A DNA stretch of 64,000 nucleotides from Squalus acanthias (lineage: Eukaryota): the NCBI GenBank assembly GCA_030390025.1, contig CM059437.1, positions 4,092,001-4,156,000 on the forward strand, written 5' to 3'. This document shows positions 38,801 to 52,285 of the stretch, one piece after another. Below the pieces are notes generated by a model. That model worked only from the letters and a program-made list of their open reading frames with translations, made no database searches and was not told the origin of the DNA. Position 1 is the first letter of the stretch. Every line of letters begins with the position of its first letter. A program made the translations under genes and the position numbers.

Positions 38801-41800
38801 TCGAATTACTTACATATATAAATATTTATAAATGGTTAAATGCGATTGGGAGAAACGGAGAAGTAATATAGTTCGACTAATGTTAATAATAAAGGTTAAG
38901 TACTTATATGTGACTAAACGCCAGCACCGTAAACAGAACAAAGGAGAAAGACGGGGATGCGGGTTAATGCAGGGATTCACCTGCTACTGAATAATAAACG
39001 GAAGCCTTTCGTGTTTTCATATAAAACGTTAAAATGCGTTGAATTATACATATATGTTAACTTTAATGGATTTTCGCGGTATTTATTCGTGGGCATTTTT
39101 CGAGCGGTGGGAGAAAAAGGGCTAGTTCTTCGCTGCTCAACTCATAAATTATTTACCTTGTCTGGGAAACAAATGTTCATGAATCATTGGGTGTCATGAA
39201 CGGCTATGTTTAAAATTCGTTTTATTTTCTTTTGCTAAATTAATGTGAGGACTTTCAAAGAAAAAAAAAGGGGGACGGGAAAGAGTATTTCTATCAATGC
39301 ATGAAGAGGGGTCTGACTCAGGACTCCTGAATCCAACACACACAGACTAACTCACATCCGCGCGTTACAGTTGAGTAAAATGCATTGAGTATTGTTCTCC
39401 CCTTGAACTAATTTACAGTCTTTGAGTATCTGGAGGATATTTAAACATTTGCAGTTGGACTAAGTGGATAAAAAACTAAAGGAAAAGAAATAAAATATGT
39501 CTTGGCTCATTGTGACAGATATAAGCCTCTCTCTGAATGACCTTTCCTTGAATAGTAATAACTCACCACATTAATGATCAATCAACGGGACGGTTTGAAA
39601 TGACTCCAAAATAACAATCCGTCCCACTATCCCGGGCTTTCTCTGCGATCGCATATAATCCTTTTATAAGAGATATTGGACGGCACGCATCTCTTCCCCC
39701 TGACCCGATTTGTTTTTTAAATGGCCTTCTGTAAATAATCTGAGTACTGACTGGGTGATCACAGCCCGGAGACACAGGCGAAGGCCTTCCATCCAAATGC
39801 CAGAGTAATACGCTTGGATTATGCATTCACGTGGTCAGTACGTCAACGTTTCCCCATTTTATACAGACTTTAGCAATTGTTAATTGAACTCTTCATTTTT
39901 TTTTAGTGTTGGTTCGCTGAAACTTGCAGCTTCACGCATTTCAAAAACTTCTCTCTTTATAGCGGATGACGAGAGATACTCTACAATCTTATTTCGGTAG
40001 AAGCTGTTTGCAAAGGTAGGTTGTTTTTTTTAAAAAAAAACCAAAATGATATAATTAGCTTTTTCCAAGAAATCCAGGACAGGGACAGAATGAAGTTTGA
40101 GTAACTTTTTGTTGCTTTTTTTCCCTCCTCTCCAGCTTTCTCTGTTAAGGCAAACCAGCAGCTTGAATTTTGAGAAGACAAGCGTTGCTGGGACGCCTGT
40201 TTTGGATCAGCACTGATAACCTGTGGTCTCCCCACTCTGCTCTGTAAAACGCCTGTGATAGTGGGCTTGGTTTTACACCCACGCACAGTCTTTCAAAGAA
40301 ATGGGGGACTCCAAAATTAAACGCCTTATTTATTCTTAACAAGCAAAGGATTAGTTCACAGCAGTGCACGTCCTTTAGCAATGCGGTCATAGATCCGATA
40401 GTAAAATTAGCAGCATGTCTCTGATTTAAGGAAGTCCTTTATGTTCATACTCGGTATATTTCATGTAAGCTACATGTAAACATATTATTTATTTTAGCAT
40501 AATTCACATCATAATTTATGGAACAGTCGTAAAATATGTAATATATGCGTATATATATTACACCATGCTTACTAGTTTGACTCGTTTATTTAGGTGTCGC
40601 TTGAATTGTGATTTCAAACAAGAATTATTCATCAAATTGCAATGTGTTGATGCGCTATGCACCCATCGGAATGTGTTCAGGCGTCTTATGTTAGGCCGGA
40701 GTGTTAAAATGTAAAAAGAAATGTCGCCTTCATTAGATAATGTGTTCTTCCATATTTAAATACATTTTTACTATAATAGTGAATGCCAGCCGTGCAAAAC
40801 GTGTGACATAATGTACACTGGCGCGTTTCCAAATGTAGTTTCTCATCTGACCTATTAATGCATAACTTGTGTTTAATGTGACACTTGACCCGCAACACAG
40901 TGACGTGCTATGGAGCGCTTTGCGCTCTGCAACTTGCCTCGTATCACTGCCTCTTCATTTTACTTTTCAAACGGCTGAGAAATTAATGGAAACCTAAAAA
41001 TAACACACTAAAATAAATAAAGATATTGATTTAAATTAACGAGAGCGCAGTTTTGGGGGTTTGAGAATGCCTGGCATGAGTCAGAGAGAGATCAATAGGG
41101 TTACTGTACAACTAGGAACAGAGGGCCTTTGATCTGCGAAGCTAAGCGGAATTGCAGTGACAAACTCCTCGCTTAACTTGCTAGATAATACACCAGGAGA
41201 GGCTGTGCAACAGGAAAGAGTTAATTTTTAATAAGAGTAAAAACAAGCGTTTTAATGTCACTGTCCTTTTAACAAATACTGTGCAGCGCAGCACGTAGAA
41301 AGAACATTTCGGCTTGAACTTAAGAATTTCTAAATGGCTTAGATCGTTTTGGCAGTCAACAAGAAAAAAAGGTATCGAGAGAAAAAAACTGACTCGAGTT
41401 TTCCAGTTTGCTGCATATTATCACCCATAAAAAGAGCCCTCTGCTGTAAAACAGTTAGTTCTGCTTGTGTGCCAAGAACGATAAAATTCAATTTGATTAT
41501 TTCTAGATCCATTCTGACGCCTGCAGTTCAAACTATCTTCCTCGGCATACCAAACACTTGGTGCATTTTCATCTTGCTGGAGGCTGTCCGCAGCACGTAA
41601 AATGATTTGTTAAAAAAAGGGGGAGCGAGGAATTTAATGGAAAGCAATTTTCTGCGAACATCAAACGCCACCTTATCGCCGGTCGTCTATCTGGCTACAG
41701 ATGCCTAAGGAAATGGAAGCCTATTAAAACCTTTTCCGTTTAACAAAACGTTGTACTCCCATAAATGAGCGAATGGTCCAGCATTTTTTGTTGCTATTTT

Positions 41801-42519
41801 AAGGTGGCGCACGCTTTACCAGTGATAGTAAGTCACTCTGCTGTAGGCTAAAATAATTGTTATATTCTCCGCAGTAGTAAAACAGAAATCACCTTCAGAT
41901 GGAATAAAAGTGGAGATGAAACAATTCTAGAAAGTTAAAAGAGACACATTTTCTCTCTCAATTTTTCAATTAAAAGGCAAAGAGATTGAGTTGAAGAACT
42001 TTAAGGCCGGCCAACACTCGAGGGGATTTTAGTTCGGGAACTTAAAAAGTCGCGAGTACAATAGGTAAACACTGTTTACCCAGGTCATAAATCATGTGCA
42101 CATTCATCTGGAGGATAACACTCTATATAAAAATGCGTTTGAAGCTTCTTCCACGAACTCGGAGGTGTCAACAGCCATCAAAGGTAGACCCAAACCAAAC
42201 GTTTAACTGTTTGTAAGATCTTTCGGAAGTTTGAGGAGGAAAAGAGTTTTCTGAAGTATTCTTCACCACCTTCTGCAAAAAAGAGCACTTTGGGGGGGGG
42301 GGGGGGGGGTTGGGGGGTTGGTGCGAGAGGCCACGTCTGTCTCAATCCGTTACACACAAAAAAGTCAGCAATAGTTCACGGAAACCAACCGGGGACCTCT
42401 CTCTCAGGTCAAGCTATGGGCCATTAATTATATCCACCCTGGAATTCATGGCGAGCTGCAGAGGAGGGGGGTGGGGGGGGGGGGGAATGTTTAAGCTGCA
42501 GTTTCCGTGGTTCGCTTAC

Positions 42520-42716
42520 CTGTTGGATCATTGCAATGGAACTTGGAAAAAGATCACTGAATTTGCTATTTCATCACAGGTGGTGGAGCTCAGCTCTACC
42601 CCCCTCCCCCCACCCCACCCCCACGGGAGGAAAAATGTTTATTGGACCCTGGTGGATTTTTTAAAAATGCATTCTGGAAAATCTCGAGAGTGTCATCGAA
42701 AGAAGCATGGGCTCGC
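42520..42716 (-). other. Predicted HoxB3 leader exon (internal)
   Basis: Acceptor TTCATTCCTGTCAG|G at 42716 and donor CAG|GTAAGC at 42520; contains one arm of the long-range inverted repeat. Confidence 0.5.
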
Positions 42717-45700
42717 CTGACAGGAATGAATTCAACCAGCAGCAGTACTGGGAAGTTATATACAGCCGTTACACAACTAGGCCTCTGCCTGAACGGACTA
42801 TCAGGAAAAACGCGAGCAGTTTGATTATTTCAGAAGCTTAATTCTGTATATGTTGTTCAAAAAGAACCCCAACAAAAACAATGTGTTATTACAAATCCAA
42901 CATGATTTAAAGATTGCCAGTGGAGGCCAAACGACTACGCCAGAATGTTAAATGGAACACAAAATAACGATGTGAGTTAACGTGTCCAATAGGAGCTGGC
43001 CTGGTCGATGGATGTTGGAAATGACTGCCATATGAGCTCAGGGTTGGCAGAGCGACAGTAGCAGGGCTCCTGCCTTTAAATACCGACCACGCTAATTAAA
43101 TATGCTGTGATATATAACAGCGGACGAGAGTGAATAAAAGAGATATAGAAAGAGAGAGAGAATGGGAGAGAGACATACAGAGAGGAAGATACAGAGGAGA
43201 AAGCAACAGCGAGAGAGAGTTAAATAGAGGCAATGTTAGTTCCTGAGCACAATGATACAGTCGCACTATATCAATTTCCTAACAATGTCAATGTGATTTA
43301 AAAAATGATTACAGTCATTACTTTCAAGCAAATAAACCTCAAACCTCTATGGAGTGCGAACAGGGCACCACCTTATCCTATTTTTGTTCTTGCAATTGCA
43401 ACAATTTCGGACAATTGCTCCTTAGAGACCGACCGCATTTCAACACAAAGGAATGGGAAAAACATGGAAAATTTGGCACCAGAAATACTAGCTTCTCGGC
43501 GATCTGAAGCCTTCATTGAAAAAAAACCCAATAATAACAATCAAAAATCATCATCACTATTAAAACAGAACTATATACCATTGGAGCCTTCAAGTGAATT
43601 GCGCCTCAAAATTAGTTTCGTTTTGTATTATCAGTGAAAGGTCAGAGGTTAGAGTTATTGCATTTTCACTTTTCTAATAGCCAGTCTGGGAGCAGGGAGC
43701 AGCAGCAATATAATTTATTACCTTGTCTTTACTGGAGCTAATTTGATCGTTTGTTGAGAGGCGTTGAAACGCCATGAGTTGCAAAGTCAGGAACACTACA
43801 TACCTACTACAGTGCTGATCGTTCAATTATATATTATTTTCTTTGTGCATTTATATTGAACATGTAAACTCACATTAACCGCGATTTTACTTATCTGGGC
43901 TATCTTTGTCAATGTTTACAAATTTTAATTTACAAAAGATTACCAACGAAATATGGCCTGTTTGTAGCATTGTATTTGTGATCTTATCGTGTGTATTTGA
44001 TCCATTCTGAACATTAATTTTCCATTAAATGCTTTTTACAATCTTGCCCTTCTATGTATGAACAAATTATGTATTATTACGCCATCGGGTCCATTTTTAA
44101 AGGGCTATTTGTTTATACATTGTAGCGGTGTATACTTTTTTGTGGTTCTTATCACCGTTCAAATATTAGGAAATATAAATGTGATTTGACCCTCGCCCAC
44201 TCTTCTGCACGGTGCCCAGATATGTTATGGTAGAGTTCTCAAGGAAAAAAAGGTCGTAATTTTTCATCAATTTGAAATAGCCATGCACGGCCCAGCAAAA
44301 TATATTAACAGGGAGAAGGGACATGATTTATTATGAGGAGTATAATTACCTGTACATTAAATAGCCATCTTATGAGAGCAACGGTTACTCTCGAGTGTAC
44401 GTAGGGTTGGTTCCTTGCAACCCGTAATGCATTATCATCCCGTTAAAAGGATTTTATTTAAAGTATATCTGCCCAGTTTGAAGGATATCAACGCCAATGA
44501 ACGATGTAAATAAGGGAGAGAGCAAAGCAATTCTGAAATGAAACACCACAAATAAATCTTAGACTCGTTCACAAGTTAATTCTGTCAGCTGATGGACCGA
44601 GAGAGCGAGAGAAATATTACGGTGAAAAGAGTCCAGAAATCACAAAACTTGAGCAATTTTCCTTCGTGTTTGCATAATGTTGTTGCTCTTTCATGTAGTG
44701 GAATGTGATCTGTAGGAGAGAAAAATTAGTAGATAATTTGATATACATTTCAACATGAACTGAAAGGAATAATATACAAAATATTGTTCAATACAACGGC
44801 GCGGTTTCGTTCAGTAGTACGGTGTCATCAGCGTCTTCCCAGTTTTAAAATATATTAACCCCAGTCTTTATGTTTTGCTTTCTATAGAAGTCAGTGAACC
44901 GCTCGTTAAAGAGAGGCGAAGGAACAAAGCCTTTAGGAGGGGCTTTTCGCTGAGTGAATCGGCAAGGCATTGTCAGGGTTGTTTTTAAAGCACAGTTACC
45001 GTATTTAAAGAAGGGGCTGTAAATTCTACGGATAGAACAAACAGCCTTTAAGCCTTAACATTTTCAGAATATAAGAGCGTATTTCGCCTTTCCGTGGCAT
45101 AAATTATTTCTGAAAAAAATTACATATTGCTATCAGCGCCTCTGAACGAACGCAATGCTACTGAGAATGATTCATGTGTGTTGAGGGCATCGAGTCACAT
45201 TATTTTTCCATTTTGGTGCTGGGAGTTATCAATTAATAAAGCCTCAATTGAATCCAGGGTCAGACTTGCAAAGAAATTTACACATCTTTGCTATGGAAGC
45301 TAAGCAATATCCAATTGTGTTCTAATATCGATTTGCTACTGCCTTCCCCCTTTCTCTTTTCTCAGGAGCCTTTTTTTTGGCAAATGAAGAAAATCGACAT
45401 CCCGAAGGCCTGTCAATCATAGAGCAACTCTGAGTTTTCATTGTTTTTTTTCTCATTTACAAGCACATAACTACTATTCAGTGAGTGAGGGAAACAGATT
45501 ATGTAGCACAATTTGTTAAAAGGAAATATAGACTTTGTCATTCCGTTCAATGACTGTCTAGCTTTACTTAATGTAACATATATATAATATATATATATGA
45601 CTACATGCAATATATATATATATATCAAATAGCGAAGGACAAAGGCAGGTACAGAATAGTTATAATATAAAATAACAAACTCTCAATTTGTTCAATGTAC

Positions 45701-48700
45701 TTGTGGTTAGTTCTCAAATAATATTGCCTGCCATTGACTTCTGCATCTTGTACATTAAACAATGAAATGGTTAATAAGCATTTGAGTTTTTCCATCTTTG
45801 TTGAGCTAACAGACACAAGATACCATTGATAACTTCAACGAAGCCCTGTGTAATTATCAAAACAAACACTTAAAAACACTTCAGATAATCATAATTAAAA
45901 ACGACCATTAAATATCCCTCAATAAGCAAAAGACTGCCATTCAGTTGACAGGTAATGGTATTTTCAGAGACACGCGTGTTTCAATACTGATGTTCCTTGC
46001 CTGCTGCAACCATTAATATTTAATGCCAATCACTGAGTTATTCTAATTTTACTACATAAAGGTTTGCACTAACGATCGGTGTTAAATGTTACGCTGCTAT
46101 TAATGGCTTCAACTTGACTGGCTGGCGTCCAACCGCAGAATAAAAGGAACGAGGCGTTGTGGAAGTCTGTTAGTCCTCGCTCATTTTCAAAATTGGGTTT
46201 TGCAATTCATTTCTGGTCACCCAAAGCGCCTCCTTTACTAGGTTTTTATTCCAATGAGGCGTTGTGTTTTAAAGAATTCATACAAAACTATCCATAATTG
46301 GTAATCACGGATGCTGTAATTTAAGACCCCCAGCTATAGCTTTCATATTATCCTCTGATCTATTGCTACAAATGGCCCGCAATAATCAACTCTGGGGAGA
46401 GGATTACAACCTTCCTCATTCCTGAATATCATCACTTGCACATCATTCTCAAAGAGCATGATTTATCACGCAGACGAACATAAACAACACACAACTTACA
46501 CACAATGGTATCCATAGTGCAGCTGACATATTTCGCAATAAATCAAGAAAGCAAGAAGAAAAAAAACATTCCCACAAAAAAATATCGATGAAAATGGGGA
46601 AATAAACAAACATACCACCGTGGTAAATTGAAAAATAGAAGGAAAGGCACTATTTGTCAAATGTTATGACAGTCTTGTAAAACATAAATAACACACATAA
46701 TATTTACATAGAGAGACACGAGGCACTGCAGCTGTACTTACAATAATCCAGCCCACGGTGTGTCTCTCTTCCCAAATTGTTTTATTCCAGCCTCTCTCTC
46801 AAGTTATAGGCTTGTTTTTAAAAGGACAGTAGAATTTCACGTCAGACACAGTGAGACCATGTCGGCGATTTACCGGCGAATACATATCTATTCAGCAACA
46901 GCTGCATTAATTATTTAATGAGTCACGTGATCGAGGGGGAAGGGGGGATTTCAAATTCATACTCCAAGGAGAAGTGTGACCTTCCACTGGGAGAGCGGAG
47001 ACATTCTTTCATATTCTTCTTCATTCCCCATTTTTTGGGGGGGTTCTCAAAATTGTATTCATATCTTGCTCGCGATTCTGCTTAAAAAGTGGGGTTCAGA
47101 TGATTTCCTATAAGTCGAGAACTTAATAGAAGTGTGACTATCTCAATGCATTCAGGGCTTTCCTAAGTCTCATCCTTTGAATCCTGAAACGCTTCTTCAG
47201 ACTCACAACCTACGTGTCTATCTTTTGTGGTGCCGAGGCAGTCTATACGATTGGAACTAGAAGCTCGTTGCCACAGTAGTAGATTTCTGCTTGATTCATT
47301 TCACCACAAGTTTGCTTGTTCCTTATGTTGAATTGCCAAGTTTTATATTGTCCATTTTGCCCTTCATCTCATTTTCTGTCGCACGGTTGGTTTTGTATTA
47401 CTGTGGAGCGACTATTTTTTAACAAGGTCCCTTTTCACTTACACGCGGGCACTTTTGCTCCTCCAGTTGCAAAGCTAGTAATCAGTCGCTACCAGCAACA
47501 TAAAGGTCACGGAAAAAATCTCGAGCAGTTAGCAGAATAATAAGACTTTTTAAAAAGTCCAATCCAAAAATGTTTGCATTTGTGACATAAAGCGATTCGG
47601 ATCAACTCTGTGTTAAGGGACAGAAAATCGCTGTTATGGTCAAGGAGATGTATATAGGGGTGGGGGGAAACCTCGTTACGTTTGTTCTGGTAACAGCAAT
47701 GTTTTGAAAAAAGCAATAATCTGAGCAAGGAACATGCCCCGAGAAACAATTTGACACAGTGCTGTCTAACTTCGTCGTGTTTCGATATTCTCTCTGCGGG
47801 TGCTTCCTACAGTGCAATGTAAATTGCGGTAGGTGTATTGACAATAGCACTAGAGATTATTTCGTTACAATTTTTTTTTAAAAATCCATCCTAAGTAGTC
47901 CATAATATTACCTGGAACTCGGCCTTTGTTCTCGCCAGAAAACACCACCGATTTCAGAAATTTATAATAATATAATTTAATAATATCCTTATCCATCTCA
48001 TCCGTCATATTTATTGCTTTCGAAAATGATGTTAGAAAAATAGAGGCGCTTAAAAAAAAAGAAAATAAACTATGTTTGGTTATAAAAGCCACCCAAATAA
48101 TTTGAAAAAGAAAACGATTGCGGGGCGGGGACTTCTCATCTAACAAAGGCAATTTTTTTCGTTTATTTGTTTTTAATGCACATTTCGAAGATTTCTCTAA
48201 ACTGCATGGTGAATTATTGCATTCACGAGTGTTTCTATTGCCCAGAGAAGCACAATGGGTGCCTTCATAAATTAGAGCTGGAGAATTTAGTAAAGGTGCG
48301 GGAACTGCGCCACAGTTTCACGCACTCTTAAAAGAACTTGTATTTCACGGTAATTGCTTCTAAAATCGTAAAAAAAAGTGATATCTATTTTATACTCTTA
48401 GACAAGGAAGACACGGAGTAGCAATAAGGTTACAACTGGGGTGTCCGTGTACATTTTGCAATTTGACTTTGGTAATAATAAGCTAGTGTAAAAAGCCCAA
48501 CACATTGTACACACGGAATTTCTCTCTCTATCCCTCCCTCCTTCTCTCTCTTACCCGCTCCTCACTGCCCGTAAACAAACCGCATTTAAAGATAGAAAAA
48601 TCAGGATGGAATCCTATTCTTATAATGAATACACTAAAAAAAAGTTTGAATAAAATTGCAAGGCCAGTCAATATTGAATGTTACTGAATCTTCTATAGAG

Positions 48701-49111
48701 AAAAGACAGATAGGCTGAGAGCAAAGTAATGGTCCATTTTTCTTCTCATTAGGTGGATTTTTGGAGGCCATCCTTAGATGTGATTGCAAAGTGCAAGATA
48801 TACCTAAACTTCATTCCACAACCTACTCTTACCTATCACTAAATATTAAAAAAGAGGGATTTCAACACAAACATTCACGATTGTCTATCTTTTCTAATGG
48901 AAGGGATTGCACACAAGACAAGCCTAACAGAACAGACACTCTTCAGCAACGCTGCACAGATTTTAAATGGAGTGAACGAGGGGTAACCCTGGTGGGGTTT
49001 TTTTATCCTTTAGTATTGAGAATGTTCAGATAGAACAGAGTCATGTCTTAAAGGTCAAGGGTTTCAGAGGTCAGACTGCTAGTATAAAAACAGCTAATCG
49101 GATAGAAAAGT

Positions 49112-49128
49112 TGTCCTTTCCGTGAACC
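49112..49128 (-). promoter_or_regulatory. HoxB4 3' DR5 RARE (early neural enhancer position)
   Basis: GGTTCA-cggaa-AGGACA 2.8 kb 3' of the HoxB4 stop; RGTTCA-N5-AGGACA is the group-4 3' RARE type. Confidence 0.75.
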
Positions 49129-49368
49129 CTTTCGGCCGTCCCGCTGACCAACCAACGCGCTGATTTTATTCCGTAAGATTCATATATGTTTAAAAAAAAA
49201 CACCACAGAAAGGTAAAGAACAAAAAACACAAACTATAAGCAAATTCTCCAGTCGATGAATTGACTGCGTATTCCAGGCTGCAGACAGCGAGTATGTGTT
49301 CACATTTAATTGTTAAAAGAACAACAAAGCGATTCAAAGTGACGAAATTAATTGACTTTGTTTGTTAC

Positions 49369-49535
49369 CTTTCGTTTCACCGTTTTCCGTTTTCCAGATC
49401 TGAACATTTTCACGATTTTTAATCATGTTTGAGAGGGAATCTTTCGATGTGACTGAGAAATTCCACGCTCTGCCCATATTTTTAAAGAACCCTCCAGGAC
49501 GCGCACCACTTTTCCCCGGGACGAGCCATCCAGAT
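49369..49535 (-). other. Predicted first exon from the distal HoxB3 promoter (5' end approximate)
   Basis: TATA-like CTTTAAATA at ~49562-49570 next to CR3; donor AAG|GTAACA at 49369. In mouse the distal Hoxb3 promoter lies next to CR3. Confidence 0.45.
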
Positions 49536-49559
49536 TTGCTGTTGAGCAACAATGGGAGA

Positions 49560-49605
49560 AGTATTTAAAGAAAGCAGTGATTAATGATTTCAAGTTAATT
49601 CTCGC
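49560..49605. promoter_or_regulatory. CR3-like Hox/Pbx-responsive late neural enhancer shared by HoxB3 and HoxB4
   Basis: AGTGATTAATGATTTCAAGTTAATTCTC: a TGATTAAT Pbx/Hox site (49578-49585) plus a second TAAT, resembling recalled CR3 HS1/HS2 and in the expected position 3' of HoxB4. Confidence 0.65.
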
Positions 49606-51045
49606 ATTTTCAGAACCTCTCTGCGTACAAATAATGCCTGTGAACTTTAGCTCTATAGCTTGCATTCAGAGCCTTTGGCAACAGTCTGGCGGAGGGTGTA
49701 GGACTGGCTGGCCTGTTATCTGTGTCTATGAATAGAGAAAACTGAACAGCCACTGTCGGTGATTCAATGAATAATTCTTATATTATTAACTAAAGTAATT
49801 ACTCCTCAAAATACTTCAGAATTATATAGCTTAACGAAAATGTTACATTTGGAAAGGTTGCATTTCAGATGGGCTCAGTTTCGTGGGATCTCCGGGGTGG
49901 GGGTTGGGGTGGGGGGGGGGGGGGGGGTTGGTGGAAGAGGACAAAACATGTATACATTGGTGAGAGAGGATTTTCTCACATAAACAACAGATTGTAAATC
50001 TTTCTGTTGTCTCCAAAGGCAAAACGTTAAAAAAATCAAACTTTATTCGTGTGTTTCTTTTGTTACAATTGAATATGTGAAATCTCTTATACATATATAT
50101 TGGGGTTTTATGCTGAAAAACACACTCTATAAACATTCATTAGAAAAGGGCACATTGCACCGTGTTCTCATCAATGATGTTTTGCAGGTTGCGTTTGAAA
50201 GGAATATGTTTGAGGGATGGGGGTGGGGTAGGGTGGGATTACCACATCGTTCAGTTATGACTTCAAAATGCAGTTTTGCAACAGTATTTGTTAAATTGCA
50301 GGACTGAAGCAAAACACGTGCATCAGTGAACTAAAGTCTTGAGTCAGCCAATGTTTCACCCTAATGTAGAATATTGTGTTGTGCATTGATATACACTCCA
50401 GTTAGCTTTGCTTTTGGTATATGCTGCATTTTCTGATCCCAGATTGCATATGCAATGTGTTATACGAAAGAAAATTAAAATTAATACGGAGCTTCATCTG
50501 ACAAAAGAGGTCATTTGTCTTCTTGATTATCTATTTGCTTGTCAAAGCTTGAACCATTACACTGTCCAATCCCTTTCTAATACACAAACACACATGCACA
50601 AAGGAAAAATGCTAAGAGGCACTGTATAAATGATAGAAATGGACTTAACGTTATATGATTAAAGGTTGCAAAAGAGAAAAAAGGACATGGTAACGAAGCC
50701 AAACAATCAAGGGACAACAGATAACCATACTGGATTAACAAATCTTCACAAAAAGCATTTTTCAAAGTTATTACTCCTTTGTAATACTGTGCAATGCATC
50801 TATATTCACAAGCAGGTGTAAAAGCCTCTGACAATGTCAGAATAAGCATTGTATTTGCTCTGAGGTGTACCCCTTTTGGCATTTTTTTCTGCTAAGCCAG
50901 TGTCCTTTGTTATCACCCTGGCCAACTTACACAGATAGATGAGCTTAGAGAAATCTGCAGTCATGTTACCAGATCCTATTGCTTCAAGGATTTGTCCAGT
51001 AGACTAGGTATAAATAAACAAAGGAAAAGATAGACCTTGAAAAAA

Positions 51046-51051
51046 TTTATT
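51046..51051 (-). terminator. Candidate HoxB4 polyadenylation signal
   Basis: AATAAA on the minus strand; a proximal alternative lies at 51421-51426. Confidence 0.45.
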
Positions 51052-51965
51052 TCGCTTATTACTATTTACACGTATTTTGGTCTGGATGAGAATCAATACA
51101 TACAGAACAATGCAAGGACATAGACTGCTAACGAAAATACAAACTCCTGTGGGCCCGAACGAAGAAGCTGCTAAACTTCATAGTTTGGAATGTCATAAAG
51201 AGTGATGAGGAAATTAAAACAGTTTATCTACCTAAGCTTCCACTTTTTTTTCTGGAAAAGTACATTCTGTTAACACTGAGGCCAGAGGCAAGTATTGTAT
51301 CGTGGCTGTACAAGTCACATGCAACATTTTAATAACCACTTTAAATAACTTTGCTGACATAACTTATTCCTACATATGATTTTTTTACACGTTTGTTTTT
51401 TAAAGTCCAACTACATACATTTTATTGGCACCGAAAGAAATATATTTGGGATCAAAACATCTGAGGAAATGGAGTACATGTCAGTGTTATATTCCAAAGA
51501 AAATACCCAAAATGTTTCTTTTTTGTAAACCCCATTGGAAAATGACTCCAAGCTTAAAACCACAAGGGCCATCTTGCCGGACTGTTTCAACATTCTTGTT
51601 GTGGGTTTGTTTTTTGTGTGAATAAAAGACAGTTTGTCATTCCAGGTTGACGAAACGGAGCCTCATTTATTAAAGTGTTCGTTTGCTGTCGAGGTAATCG
51701 TAGGCATAGAGTTCATCCTTTGTACCACCAAGTAAACATGACAAATGGGGAGACTTTGGCGTGATTAAAGATGAAACGAGGATTCATCTTTGCCAATCTC
51801 TTCCGAAAACTGCAATCTACAATATTACTTATGGGGGAGGGGGCGAGAGGAGTGGGCGAAATCAGAGTATTTACAGTTTAGACTTTGCCATTATAAATAA
51901 ACAGTCTTTCAGTTAAAATCCTATGCTTCTGCGCGCGTCTACCAATTTCTCTCCCACAAGAGCAG

Positions 51966-52285
51966 CTATAATGTGGCCGATGGTCCATTTGGCTCCTGGT
52001 TCTGAGAGCTTCCTTGCGATTGATGACTTGCAGAGGATGAGGAGCCTGTAGTAGACCTGATTTTGGTATTTGGCAACTTGTGGTCCTTTTTCCATTTCAT
52101 TCGCCTGTTCTGGAACCATATTTTAATCTGTCGTTCTGACAGGCAGAGAGAATGGGCTATTTCCACCCTGCGTCTCCGGGTCAGGTACCGATTAAAATGG
52201 AACTCCTTCTCCAGCTCTAGAACTTGCTGCCTCGTGTAAGCAGTGCGGGAGCGCTTGGGTTCCCCTCCTTTGTAATTAGGGTTCA
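51966..52285 (-). CDS. hoxb4: HoxB4 coding exon 2 (homeodomain)
   Basis: [70 protein letters not shown]; acceptor TTTTGTTCAG|TG. Spliced CDS is 726 nt (241 aa). VEIAH and TKIRS favour B4. Confidence 0.96.
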
